Below, in pieces: positions 39,970 through 49,528 of a stretch of 64,000 bases of DNA. The stretch comes from Anaerolineae bacterium. GTDB taxonomy: Bacteria; Chloroflexota; Anaerolineae; DUEN01. Made by a program: the position numbers and the translations under genes. Under the pieces are notes generated by a model, which saw only the letters and a program-made list of their open reading frames with translations, was not told the DNA's origin and ran no database searches. The stretch is from NCBI GenBank assembly GCA_034432955.1, contig DAOUBB010000045.1, positions 24,302 through 88,301 on the forward strand, read 5' to 3'. How positions within the stretch are numbered: position 1 is the stretch's first letter; every line of letters starts with the position of its first letter.

Positions 39970-40013
39970 GGCCTGACCGGCGACTCGGTGAGCTTGACCA
40001 GTCGAGGTATCTC

Positions 40014-41012
40014 ATGCTTGTAGCGCGCCTCTATCAGCCGCGGCCCATTGAAACGCATCCCCTGGTCCTGGAGGAAATGCCAGGCCCGGAGCCTGGCGCC
40101 GGCCAGATCCGCCTGCGCGTCCGGGCCTGTGGGCTATGCCATACCGACCTGCACACCATCGAAGGGGAGCTAACGTTGCCGCGCCTGCCGATCGTCCCTG
40201 GGCATCAGATCGTGGGTGAGGTGGATCAGCTCGGGCCAGGGGTGACGCGCTTCCGCCCTGGCGACCGGGTGGGCGTGCCCTGGCTCTATCACACCTGCGG
40301 CCAGTGCGAGTATTGCCGTCGCGGCCAGGAGAACCTGTGCGATCAGGCCTGGTTCACCGGCCTGCATGCGGACGGCGGCTATGCGCAGCATATGATCGTG
40401 GACCAGGGTTTCGCCTACCGGCTGCCGGATGGGTATGACGACTTCCAGGCGGCACCCCTGCTGTGCGCCGGCATCATCGGCTATCGTGCGCTGCGCCTGA
40501 GCGAGATCCGCCCCGGCGGCCGCCTGGGGCTGTACGGCTTCGGCGCGTCCGCCCACATCGCGATCCAGGTGGCCATCCATTGGGGATGCGAGGTGTACGT
40601 CTTCACCCGCAGCGAGCAACACCGCCAACTGGCGCGTTCGCTCGGCGCAACCTGGGTCGGCCGCGCGGAGGACACACCGCCTCACCCGCCCGATAGCAGC
40701 ATCCTCTTCGCGCCCGCCGGTCCGCTGGTTCCAGAGGCTCTGCGCGTATTGCGCAAAGGTGGCACCCTTGCCCTGGCCGGCATCTACATGACGCCGGTTC
40801 CTGAGCTCCCTTACGAACGGCTGTACTGGGAGCGCACGGTGCGCAGCGTGGCCAACAGCACCCGCCAGGACGCCGAGGAGTTGCTGCAACTGGCACCTCA
40901 GATCCCGATCCGAACGCATGTGGAGCTCTACTCGCTGGCGCAGGTGAATCAGGCGTTGGAGCGCCTCAAACGGGGCGAAGTGAACGGCTCAGCCGTGCTG
41001 GAGATCCCCTGA
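40014..41012 (+). CDS. Zinc-dependent alcohol dehydrogenase (MDR family)
   Basis: GLCHTDLH catalytic-zinc motif. GHQIVGEV. Structural-zinc Cys cluster CGQCEYCRRGQENLC. GxGxxG-like LYGFGASAH. Start chosen at MLVARLYQ; the ORF track offers an alternative GTG at 39948. The displayed coordinates appear to differ by 1 nt from the ORF table around 39960. Confidence 0.8.
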   Translation: MLVARLYQPRPIETHPLVLEEMPGPEPGAGQIRLRVRACGLCHTDLHTIEGELTLPRLPIVPGHQIVGEVDQLGPGVTRFRPGDRVGVPWLYHTCGQCEYCRRGQENLCDQAWFTGLHADGGYAQHMIVDQGFAYRLPDGYDDFQAAPLLCAGIIGYRALRLSEIRPGGRLGLYGFGASAHIAIQVAIHWGCEVYVFTRSEQHRQLARSLGATWVGRAEDTPPHPPDSSILFAPAGPLVPEALRVLRKGGTLALAGIYMTPVPELPYERLYWERTVRSVANSTRQDAEELLQLAPQIPIRTHVELYSLAQVNQALERLKRGEVNGSAVLEIP

Positions 41013-41073
41013 CCTCGCCGAGCCTCTATCGGTTCAGGGCGCACCAGGACACGGCGGGAAAGGCACAGGCGGG

Positions 41074-41838
41074 ATGGCCGTCGTGTGGGTTTTTCTGGCC
41101 TTCGTGGCGGGCTGGGCGCTCTTGATGGGAGCGTACATCTGGCGCGAGGCGCGGCGTTGGGGCGTGCCGCACCCGGACATCTGGCGTCTGGTTCTGCGCG
41201 GCGTGATGGACCCTTTGCGTTTCTGGTATTTCGAGCGTCCCATCCATTGGCCAGCGGAGACGCGGGAGAAGTGGCTGAAGGCGATGGCACAGCGTCTGGG
41301 CCTTGACGATGTACGAGCTGCTCATTGCCCGTTGTGCGGCAGCGAGATCCCCAACGCCTGGGGCGTGGACCGTCGCGGCCGGCTGACCGTTGGCCCCAGC
41401 CCGGTGCATTGCCCTCGATGCGACTTCCGGCTCGATGCCTGCCGTCACTGCCAGTACTTCCAGCCGGCGGGCGCCTCATCAGGAGGGGCATGGAGCGGGA
41501 TGGGGATGTCGTGGACCCATGGGCGCTGCACCTTTTACAAGTCCGTTCAGCCCGTAGAGGAGATCACCACAGCGGACATGGCGAGGCGGATGCGTGAACG
41601 AGGGTATACGCATCTGCGCGCGCCGACACCCATCGCCGATTCGTACATCCCGCTCGACATGTGTCATGCCTTTGCGTTGGAGCCCAGGTTTCTGCCCCAC
41701 AGCGGCATGCGCAAGCCTGGGCACCGTCAGCGGTGGGCGTTGCGCGTGCTGGCCGAGGCGCAGCCGTCCCAACCCGCACCGACGTCAGCCGAGGGAGAAG
41801 AGCCATCGCTCAGCGACGAAGAGCAGTGGTTGCTCTAG
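41074..41838 (+). CDS. Hypothetical membrane-anchored Cys-rich (zinc-ribbon-like) protein
   Basis: N-terminal TM helix VVWVFLAFVAGWALLMGAYIW. Paired CxxC motifs CPLCG / CPRCD / CRHCQ. Confidence 0.5.
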   Translation: MAVVWVFLAFVAGWALLMGAYIWREARRWGVPHPDIWRLVLRGVMDPLRFWYFERPIHWPAETREKWLKAMAQRLGLDDVRAAHCPLCGSEIPNAWGVDRRGRLTVGPSPVHCPRCDFRLDACRHCQYFQPAGASSGGAWSGMGMSWTHGRCTFYKSVQPVEEITTADMARRMRERGYTHLRAPTPIADSYIPLDMCHAFALEPRFLPHSGMRKPGHRQRWALRVLAEAQPSQPAPTSAEGEEPSLSDEEQWLL

Positions 41839-41861
41839 CTTTTCCCGCGAGAGGTGGGGAG

Positions 41862-42281
41862 ATGAAACACGCCTTGTTCGAGGGGCTGGTCGTCAACGAA
41901 GCCGGCCAGCCGGCTGAGGTGGTCTATCTGGGTGAAGAGCCGTTCTATGTGATCCTGGACGGCGACTTTCGCCGTCACGTGCCGGCGCAGTCCGTAGATT
42001 ACCAGGTCATGCGCTGGCTGCGCGATCAGATCATCGCTCATCAGGACATCGTGACCCAGCAGGCGATGGCGATGTTGGGCCGCGACGACCTGTTCACCAA
42101 AGCCATGCTCGACTCCTCGATCCGCAACCTGGATCGCCACGTGGAGCAACTGATCCAGGTCGGCCTCCCCGAGGCAGCGCGCGCCTGGTTGGGGCTGATG
42201 GGCTTCCTCGTCGTCGTAGACGTACACGGCGAGGTGGTGTCCATCAACCTGCCCGGCGGGCCTGCCCCTGACGATGAGTGA
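41862..42281 (+). CDS. Hypothetical protein (139 aa)
   Basis: GAGAGGTGGGGAG RBS before the ATG at 41862 (MKHALFEGLVVNEAG...). No assignable family. Confidence 0.5.
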   Translation: MKHALFEGLVVNEAGQPAEVVYLGEEPFYVILDGDFRRHVPAQSVDYQVMRWLRDQIIAHQDIVTQQAMAMLGRDDLFTKAMLDSSIRNLDRHVEQLIQVGLPEAARAWLGLMGFLVVVDVHGEVVSINLPGGPAPDDE

Positions 42282-42295
42282 CCCTCTTTAGAGCA

Positions 42296-42330
42296 TTGAC
42301 AACCGACGTTCAAGGCAGTATACTTAAGCT
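42296..42330 (+). promoter_or_regulatory. Near-consensus sigma70-type promoter (TTGACA-N17-TATACT) driving a structured, low-GC leader or small RNA
   Basis: TTGACAaccgacgttcaaggcagTATACT. About 190 nt downstream is a terminator-like hairpin (GCTGACGGC...GCGTCAGC then GTTTGTGCTTCTTATT), followed by further stem-loops before the 42704 start. Confidence 0.45.
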
Positions 42331-42703
42331 GCGAACTTGTGCCGATCGCTTCCCCACCGTATTCATCAAACCCAAGAGGGCGGGGGCCGAGAATGCCGAC
42401 ATAATCGGGAGACAAGCTCGCATCTGAGGTTGCTTTACAAGTTCAGGCGCCTGAATGAGGGGGCGGACATGGCAAACGCTGACGGCTTATGGGGATATTC
42501 CTGAGCGTCAGCGTTTGTGCTTCTTATTCATGAGAAATGGCAGTTCCGTAGCCCGTGATGGATCTCCGCGCTAACTGGAGGCGTGTCTGCCAGGGAACGA
42601 CCGCGGTGATCGCGGTCCCATGGCTTTCAGACACGCCCTGATATCTCGGCGCCTGCGATCACGGACGACGGCAGGCCATCGAAAGACACAAGGAGGTGTG
42701 ACG

Positions 42704-43135
42704 ATGGTTAGCGAAGCTGAGGTTCTATCCGTGCCATGGATCACTGCCGAATCTCAACTCGTGCCGTTCTCTGAGGCGAACCTAACCGATGCCCTGGCTC
42801 AGTATCGTCTGTCTTCCGAGGCGATCGCATTCATCCAGCGCCACATGCTGATGGAGGAAAAGCGAGCGCTCTTACGCTTTCTGTCCAGCCCGACCTCAGA
42901 TAAGAGCTTGCGGACCTTCTGCCAGCGGTGTGGGCGCAGCGAAGATCTGTTGTTGCCGGTTCTGAACGATCTCCTGGCCGAGCGGATTGTGACGCGCTGT
43001 TCGAGCCGCGACGGCGAAACGGTGTACGCTCTGACCGAGCATCCCGCGATCCGTCCTGTGATCGATGAGGTGTTAGCCGCTTACCACGGAAGTCCCGAAC
43101 TGCGATGCCTGCTGGCGAGGTATAACGCGGGCTAG
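42704..43135 (+). CDS. Hypothetical protein (143 aa)
   Basis: AAGGAGG sits 8 nt before the ATG at 42704 (MVSEAEVLS...). Preceded by a roughly 370-nt structured leader. Confidence 0.5.
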   Translation: MVSEAEVLSVPWITAESQLVPFSEANLTDALAQYRLSSEAIAFIQRHMLMEEKRALLRFLSSPTSDKSLRTFCQRCGRSEDLLLPVLNDLLAERIVTRCSSRDGETVYALTEHPAIRPVIDEVLAAYHGSPELRCLLARYNAG

Positions 43136-43201
43136 CTCGCCCCCTCGCCAGGCCGCTGGTTGTGCTATAATGCCCCCGATTCTCACAGGGGCAGGCTCAC
43201 A

Positions 43202-44119
43202 GTGACCGAGGTGTTGATTGACGGTGACAATCTGGCCGGCTGGCTGGCACAAGAGGGGTACATCGCCCATCGCCGGGACGATGAAGGACTGCTTCGTCTT
43301 CTGCGACGCTGGCAGCGGCAGGCGTTGGCGCGCCATCCAGATCACTGGATCACCCTCGTGCTCGATCCCGGCCCCGATCGCGATTACTCCAGCCACCAGG
43401 ATCAGCTCTGGGTCACCGTGGTCGAAGACGGCGGCAGCGCTGACGGTCGCCTGCTGGAGATGTTGGAAGAGGACCTCGTTATGGGGCGGCCACTGTATGA
43501 TGCCCTGGTGGTCACCTCGGACCGTGATCTGAGCGAACAGCTCAAGGCCCTTGGGGTTCGCGTCATGAGCGTTCCCCGATTCGCCCGCCATCTGTTGCGT
43601 GGCCTGCCTCCCCCTGCCGACAAGCCCATCCCCGGCGCGGAAGGATTCACCGACATCGAGCAGCAGTTCCTGGCCCTGGCCGCTCGTCCTCGCCCGCGAC
43701 GCCGTCCCCGCCCCCTGGACCCCGCGACGCTCGCCAGTGCTCTGGAGGGGCTCGCCGCCCAGGCGGTTGAGGAACGGATCGCTGCCGCGCGCCGGCTGGG
43801 CGAGCTGCCAGATCGCCGCGCGGTGCTGGCACTGCTCGAGGCGCTCGGGGATCCCAGCCCTCGCCTGCGGGCGGAAGCAGCTCGCAGCCTGGGCCGCCTG
43901 GGCTACCGCAGCCTGGCCCGGGCTTCCCTTCTCCAGCGATTAGAAGACCCCGACCCCGATGTGCGGGAAGCGGCCGCCACTGCCCTGGGCCGGTTGCAGG
44001 ACTCCTGGGCTATCCCGGCGTTACGAGCCCTGGCCGAGACGGAGCACACCGCGCAGGTGCGCCGCGCTGCGTGGGAGGCCTTACGCCATATCGCCGAGGC
44101 TCAGGGACCCATCCAGTAG
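43202..44119 (+). CDS. NYN-domain (PIN-like RNase) protein with C-terminal HEAT/PBS-lyase repeats
   Basis: Probable GTG start at 43202 after GGGGCAGG. The ORF-track ATG at 43160 overlaps the TGCTATAAT -10 box. VLIDGDNLAGW...ALVVTSDRDL NYN signature. Repeated ALGDPSP..A..LG / LEDPDPDVREAAATALGRL HEAT-like units. Confidence 0.6.
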   Translation: MTEVLIDGDNLAGWLAQEGYIAHRRDDEGLLRLLRRWQRQALARHPDHWITLVLDPGPDRDYSSHQDQLWVTVVEDGGSADGRLLEMLEEDLVMGRPLYDALVVTSDRDLSEQLKALGVRVMSVPRFARHLLRGLPPPADKPIPGAEGFTDIEQQFLALAARPRPRRRPRPLDPATLASALEGLAAQAVEERIAAARRLGELPDRRAVLALLEALGDPSPRLRAEAARSLGRLGYRSLARASLLQRLEDPDPDVREAAATALGRLQDSWAIPALRALAETEHTAQVRRAAWEALRHIAEAQGPIQ

Positions 44120-44163
44120 TGCCGGGTTTGGTTGGCCCCTTTGTCCTATGCTATAATCGCGTC

Positions 44164-45753
44164 ATGCCTTCGGAAACTGGATGGCCGACCTCCACCTCGC
44201 GCGAAATGGGCCTGGGCTTCAGCCTGGTGATCCTCACCCTGTTGACGCTCATCGTAGGGGCACCGTTGGCTTACCCAGGCTTTTTGGAAACCCACAGCGG
44301 CTTTCTCCCCGTTTACCGTGCCTACGAGCTAGCCGGCGGGGCCAACCTCTTCACGTGGACTCCCCATACCGGCTCCGATTTCGACCCCTGGCGCAGTGAC
44401 GGCCGCCTTCCCTACTGGATCGCCGCGCTGGCCATCCGCAGCGGGCTATCTGGCACGGCTGCCGTGCGACTCAGCTACGCGCTGGCGCTGGCGTTGGGCG
44501 CCTGGGGCATGCATGCCTGGGCGCGCCGACACCTGTCCCCACTCGCCGCACTGTTGGCCGCCTTAGTCTACGTCTTCCTGCCGTGGACGCTCGTCACCTG
44601 GTACGTCCGCGGCGCCCTGGGCGAGGCCTGGCTGTGGGCCATGACGCCCTGGCTCCTGTGGGGCGCCTCAGCGGGAGCGGCCGGCTTGCGCCAGGGCTGG
44701 GCCGCTACTGGGTTGGCCGCGGCGCTGCTCTTGTGGTCTCAGGCCGGGCTGGCTGCCTTCGTCGTCGCGGTATCCCTGCTTGCACTCATTCTCCCGCGTG
44801 GGCCCGGAGAGCGCACCCCGACGCTGATCGCGCTGGCCACGGGCGCAGCCAGCGGCCTGGTGGGGCTGATCCCCTGGCTGATGCAGCCCGGCGCCGGCTC
44901 CAATCCAGCCTTCGGCGAGCACTTCCTGTACCTCTTCCAGCTCTTCTTGCCCCAATGGGGGTACGACGTGAGCCGTCCCGGCTGGCAGGATACGCTGTCG
45001 TTTCAGGTGGGGGCGATGGCGATCGGATTGGCCTTGCTGGCCGCCTACGGATGGCCCACTCGCCAGCCTGACCCTGGACGAGACCGCCTGTTGCGATGGG
45101 CTGGCGGGGTTACGTGGATCGCTCTTCTGCTCACGCTGGGTATCACAGCACCCGTCTGGCGCATCACCGGCATGCAGCGCCTGCTCACCTATCCCTGGCA
45201 ACTGTTGATCGTCGTCGCGCCCTGGCTCAGCCTGATCGCCGGCAGCGCGGTGGATCTGATCCCTGGGCTGGAGGCGCGGCCCCGCTGGGCCGTCGTCGCC
45301 GGATTGGTGGTGCTCAGCGTCTACCCGTATCTGGCCCCCCGATTCACCCAGGTCGAGCCGGGCGTCAAGCCGGTAGCCATTCTGGGCGAGAACCAGATCG
45401 CCCTGGTGGACGCGCAGGTGACCGGTGACATCCGGCCCGGCGGCACCCTGACGGTCACCCTCACCTGGCAGGCGCTGAAGCCGATCGAGCTGGACTACAC
45501 CGTGTTCGTGCACGTGGTGGGCCCGGACGAGCAGATCCGGACGCAGCGGGATATTCAACCGCAGGCCGGCCAACGCCCCACCAATACCTGGGCTGTAGGT
45601 GAGGTCGTCCGGGATGAGCACCCGCTGTCCATCCCGGCCGACGCGCCGGCTGTTCGCTATCACATCAACCTGGGCCTCTACGACTGGCGCACCGGCCAGC
45701 GCTTGCGCGTGGGCAACACCGACTTCATCAGGCTGGAACCCGATGACCGCTGA
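44164..45753 (+). CDS. GT-C-like polytopic membrane protein, paralog 1 (YfhO/PTPS-related family)
   Basis: ATG lies 8 nt after the TGCTATAAT -10, so the mRNA is leaderless. Many TM helices. Shares blocks with the next two genes (YVFLPWTLVTWYVRGALGEAWLWA; C-terminal soluble domain). Confidence 0.6.
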   Translation: MPSETGWPTSTSREMGLGFSLVILTLLTLIVGAPLAYPGFLETHSGFLPVYRAYELAGGANLFTWTPHTGSDFDPWRSDGRLPYWIAALAIRSGLSGTAAVRLSYALALALGAWGMHAWARRHLSPLAALLAALVYVFLPWTLVTWYVRGALGEAWLWAMTPWLLWGASAGAAGLRQGWAATGLAAALLLWSQAGLAAFVVAVSLLALILPRGPGERTPTLIALATGAASGLVGLIPWLMQPGAGSNPAFGEHFLYLFQLFLPQWGYDVSRPGWQDTLSFQVGAMAIGLALLAAYGWPTRQPDPGRDRLLRWAGGVTWIALLLTLGITAPVWRITGMQRLLTYPWQLLIVVAPWLSLIAGSAVDLIPGLEARPRWAVVAGLVVLSVYPYLAPRFTQVEPGVKPVAILGENQIALVDAQVTGDIRPGGTLTVTLTWQALKPIELDYTVFVHVVGPDEQIRTQRDIQPQAGQRPTNTWAVGEVVRDEHPLSIPADAPAVRYHINLGLYDWRTGQRLRVGNTDFIRLEPDDR

Positions 45754-47641
45754 GCGAAATCTGCAAAACCGTGCATCCGGCACCCGATCTCCTGGATTCC
45801 GCGCCCTGCGTTCTGAGCCTGGCGCGTGGGCGCTGGTATTGCTGCTCTGCCTGTTCGCCATCGCGCCGTACCTGGAGCCTGGCTACTTTTGGAGCGCCCA
45901 CGACGCTCGCCACGACGTCTACTTCCTCTTCGAGTTCGATCGCGCCGTGCAGGACGGCATCTGGTTCCCGCGCTGGGCGCCCGATTTCACCTTCGGCTAC
46001 GGGTACCCGTTCTGGGTGGTGTACGGCCCGCTCGCCACCTTCGTGGGTGAGCTGTTTCATCACTTCCTGGGGTTGGGGTGGGAGAGCTCGGTGGAGACGG
46101 TGTACGCGCTGTCCATTTTGCTCAGCGCGCTGGGCATGTACGGCTTCGTGCGAAGCTGGGCCGGCCCTCGTGCCGCGTTGCTAGCGGCGGCTGTGTACGT
46201 CTACACGCCGTATCACCTGGTGGACCTCTACGTGCGGGCGGCCCTGGCCGAGTCAGTAGCGCTGGCGATCGTGCCGTTCGTGATGTGGGCCGCCCGAGGG
46301 GCCGTGCTGCGCCCACGGCTACGCGCGGTGACTGGCCTGGCCCTGGCCTACGCCGCGCTCATGTTCACCAGCAATCTGGTGACGCTGATCTTCACCCCGC
46401 TGCTGGCGGTTTACATCACCGCGCTGGTGTTATATCAGACCAACCAGGAGCAACCCTGGCGGCAGTGGTCGAAGGAATCTGTCCTGCCGCTGATGGCTCA
46501 GCTTGTGCGGCTCGCCATCTCGCCGGCGACGGGCCTGCTGCTGGGCCTGGGCCTCTCGGCGATCTTCTGGATTCCGGCGCTCGTCGAGTCCAAGTACGTC
46601 AATCAGGAGCAATGGTACGGCGGGTATTTCAGCGCGCGGCAGCACTTCGTCTATCCACATCAGCTCTTCTCGCCAGCCTGGGGGTTTGGCATCAGCCTGC
46701 CGGGGCCGGATGACGCCGCTCAGGGCGGACTGAGCTTCCAGATCGGGGCCGTGCCATTCGTGTTGGCGGTGCTCTCGCTGTGGGCAAGCACCTGGGCGCA
46801 GGGGGTGGTGCGATGGGAGCTGCGGCTATTTCAGGCTTGGCTCGTCGGCGTGCTCTGGCTAACCTTGCCGATCTCCGCGTGGGCTTGGGAACACCTGCCC
46901 GTCATCCCCTACGCCCAGTTCCCGTGGCGTTACCTGATGCTGGCGCTGCTGCCGTTGGCGGCGCTGTCAGGCTCGCTGCTGCTCCCGGATGACGTCACGC
47001 CAGTGAGGGGCCTGCGTGACGAACGCCTGCCCGATCTGGCGACGCTGGCGCTGGTGGCGCTGGTGATCCTGGGCAGCTATCCTTACCTGGACGTCCAGGT
47101 GCACGAGCCCACGCCGGAGCAGGGGCCGGTCTCTCTCCAGGCGATGATGCGCTTTCAGCGCTCCGCCGACCGGATGACGGGGGTGACGGTTTGGGTGGAT
47201 CCCGCACAGCGGCCGCGCTGGGGGCCTCTGGCTGACGTCTTCATGCTCGGCGAGGACGTGAGGTCTCGCGCTGACTACAGCGGCATGAGCAAGGAGACCG
47301 TGATCGTGGGCTCGGTGGACATCGGCAGCGCCCACGAGCAGCTCTTCTTCCACGCTGAAGGGGGCGAGCGCCAGGTGATGTTCAACACGTTCTGGTTCCC
47401 CGGCTGGAAGGCATACCTGCTCGACGGGCAAAACGGGCGGATCGTGCGGGAGCTGACGGTGACGCGGGAGGATGGTCCGCTCGCCCGCATCGTGGTCACG
47501 GTGCCCGAGGGCGAAGGGTACATGCTGTTGCGGTTCGAGGATACGCCGGTGCGCCGGGCCGGTAAAAGCATCTCGGCGGCGACGATGGTGCTCCTGTCTG
47601 CCCTCTGGGTCGGACGGTGGTGGTTGATCCGGCACTCTTGA
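45743..47641 (+). CDS. GT-C-like polytopic membrane protein, paralog 2
   Basis: ATG at 45743 overlaps the upstream stop by 11 nt. AHDARHDVYFLFEFDRAVQDGIWFPRWAPDFTFGYGYPFWVVYGPL, YVYTPYHLVDLYVRAALAES. C-terminal TFWFPGWKAYLLDGQ (YfhO-like). Confidence 0.65.
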   Translation: MTAERNLQNRASGTRSPGFRALRSEPGAWALVLLLCLFAIAPYLEPGYFWSAHDARHDVYFLFEFDRAVQDGIWFPRWAPDFTFGYGYPFWVVYGPLATFVGELFHHFLGLGWESSVETVYALSILLSALGMYGFVRSWAGPRAALLAAAVYVYTPYHLVDLYVRAALAESVALAIVPFVMWAARGAVLRPRLRAVTGLALAYAALMFTSNLVTLIFTPLLAVYITALVLYQTNQEQPWRQWSKESVLPLMAQLVRLAISPATGLLLGLGLSAIFWIPALVESKYVNQEQWYGGYFSARQHFVYPHQLFSPAWGFGISLPGPDDAAQGGLSFQIGAVPFVLAVLSLWASTWAQGVVRWELRLFQAWLVGVLWLTLPISAWAWEHLPVIPYAQFPWRYLMLALLPLAALSGSLLLPDDVTPVRGLRDERLPDLATLALVALVILGSYPYLDVQVHEPTPEQGPVSLQAMMRFQRSADRMTGVTVWVDPAQRPRWGPLADVFMLGEDVRSRADYSGMSKETVIVGSVDIGSAHEQLFFHAEGGERQVMFNTFWFPGWKAYLLDGQNGRIVRELTVTREDGPLARIVVTVPEGEGYMLLRFEDTPVRRAGKSISAATMVLLSALWVGRWWLIRHS

Positions 47642-47671
47642 GGACGTTTCCGGGGTCATCGGTGGAAGCCT

Positions 47672-49528
47672 ATGCTGGCGAGACGCACGCTGGGACAATG
47701 GGTCCGTCGGCTTTCCGGGGATCGCACCTTGTGGTGGGTGCTGGGGCTTACCGTCTTCGCGTGGGCGGCGCTCTTGTCACCGGGCTACTTCTTCAAGGCC
47801 CACGATGCCCGACATAGCGTATTTTTCCTGGTGGAGTTTGACGCCGCGATTCGCGATGGGGCGTGGTGGCCGCGCTGGACCATGGATCAGGCGCTGGGGT
47901 ACGGCTACCCGCTGTGGTTGTTCTACCCGCCGCTGTCATACTACCTGGCCGAAGCGTTTCACCTGTTGGGGTTGGGGTTCACGGCTGCCGTCAAGGCCAC
48001 CTATTTGGTCGGCTTTCTGGCGGCTGCCTGGGCGATGTATACGCTGGTCCGGCGATGGTGGGGGCCGGCGGCCGGGTTCGTGGCGGCTCTGGCCTACACG
48101 TATGCCCCGTACCACCTGGTGGACATCTACGTGCGCAGTGCCCTGGCCGAGTTCATGGCGCTAGCATGGTTTCCCCTGACGTTGCTGACCTTCGACGAGC
48201 TGGTGACTCGCGGCGGTCGAAGGAGGGTGGCCCTGGCGGCGCTGGCCTTCGCCGGGCTGATCCTCACCCACACCGTGACGGCTATGGCTTTTACGCCGCT
48301 GCTGGCTGCCACGGTATTGTGGGACCTGATCCGGCTGTATGTCCCGCTCGCTGGCTCTCACCAGGAGGACGCGAGCTCGGCCCCTTCGCCACAGGGGAAC
48401 CGCGCGGGAGGGACGCTCCTCCGCGGAAACTGGTTTCGCGCCCTTGACCTGTCCGTCCCCAGGCTGGATGGGCGAACCCTGGCCGAGCGCGCCGGGCAAG
48501 CATTGGCCACGGCATGGCTGGGGGTCGGCATCAGCGCCATCTTCTTGGTGCCGATGCTCCTGGAGCGCCCCTTTATCGTCCAGGAGCAGTGGATGCACGG
48601 TACGTATCAATATCAGCGGCATTTCGTGTATCCGCATCAGTTCGTATCACCCTTCTGGGGTTTTCAGCATTCGGTAGAAGGGCCGGGAGATGGGATGTCG
48701 TTCCAGTTGGGCGCGGGGATCACGGTGCTGGCCCTGGGGACGACGATAGCCGCGCTGGCGCGGCCTGGACGAGAGCGGGGACGGGTCCTGTTTATGGCTG
48801 CGGCCACGTTTGTGTTCTTATTGAGCATGACCAGTGTGGCCGAACCGATCTGGCGCTCGCTCTCGTTGTTGCAGCTTATCCAGTTTCCCTGGCGGCTATT
48901 GGCGCCGACGGCGGTCACCCTGGCGATCCTGGCCGGTGCTGCTGTGGCCTTCCTGCCCGATGGGGATGCCCGCACGTCCGCCGGCGTAGTGGGGTTGCTG
49001 CTCATCGCCGCCAGCCTTTCCTACACCGTACCCCAGTTCACCCCGGTCACCCCGGAGGACGAAAGCGCGCTGGCGATTATCCGCTTTGAGACGGAGTACC
49101 CGGACATGGTTGGCATGACCGCCTGGACCTCCACTCTGCCCGGTGACTCGCCCCTGGTGGCCCAATATCGAGAGGGGCGCCCGCTCGAACGGCTGGTGAT
49201 GGTGCGCGGCCAGGGCCAGGTGAAGACCACGCGCGTGGGCGGCGCCTCGGTGGAGGGGCAGGTGCAGGCTGATGGGCCGGCCACCGTCCAGTTCCTCACG
49301 TATTGGTTCCCCGGCTGGCGCGTCTGGCTGGACGGGAAACCGATCCCCAGCCGCCCGGAAGGCCCGTACGGCCTGCTGACGATGGACGTCCCACCCGGCG
49401 AGCACACCGTCTCCATTCGGATGGCGGGCACGCCTGCTCGCCACGCGGGGACCGGTATCTCGGCCATCAGTTTGCTGCTCACCGGTACGATCGCCCTGAT
49501 CCCCCGGAGATCGCGAGAGGGAAGGTGA
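47672..49528 (+). CDS. GT-C-like polytopic membrane protein, paralog 3
   Basis: AHDARHSVFFLVEFDAAIRDGAWWPRWTMDQALGYGYPLWLFYPPL, YTYAPYHLVDIYVRSALAEF, YWFPGWRVWLDGKPI. Confidence 0.65.
   Translation: MLARRTLGQWVRRLSGDRTLWWVLGLTVFAWAALLSPGYFFKAHDARHSVFFLVEFDAAIRDGAWWPRWTMDQALGYGYPLWLFYPPLSYYLAEAFHLLGLGFTAAVKATYLVGFLAAAWAMYTLVRRWWGPAAGFVAALAYTYAPYHLVDIYVRSALAEFMALAWFPLTLLTFDELVTRGGRRRVALAALAFAGLILTHTVTAMAFTPLLAATVLWDLIRLYVPLAGSHQEDASSAPSPQGNRAGGTLLRGNWFRALDLSVPRLDGRTLAERAGQALATAWLGVGISAIFLVPMLLERPFIVQEQWMHGTYQYQRHFVYPHQFVSPFWGFQHSVEGPGDGMSFQLGAGITVLALGTTIAALARPGRERGRVLFMAAATFVFLLSMTSVAEPIWRSLSLLQLIQFPWRLLAPTAVTLAILAGAAVAFLPDGDARTSAGVVGLLLIAASLSYTVPQFTPVTPEDESALAIIRFETEYPDMVGMTAWTSTLPGDSPLVAQYREGRPLERLVMVRGQGQVKTTRVGGASVEGQVQADGPATVQFLTYWFPGWRVWLDGKPIPSRPEGPYGLLTMDVPPGEHTVSIRMAGTPARHAGTGISAISLLLTGTIALIPRRSREGR

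Noticed and set aside
39948-40013. GTG start at 39948 giving a 22-aa N-terminal extension of the alcohol dehydrogenase
   Set aside because: The extension overlaps the end of the upstream BNR gene and adds non-conserved residues before the canonical MDR N-terminus. ATG at about 40014 is preferred. A 1-nt coordinate inconsistency between the displayed sequence and the ORF table near 39960 is noted.
43160-43201. ATG at 43160 as the start of the NYN-HEAT gene
   Set aside because: That ATG is the first triplet of the TGCTATAAT -10 element itself (ATGTGCTATAAT). A GTG with an upstream purine-rich stretch at 43202 fits a transcript starting downstream of the -10.
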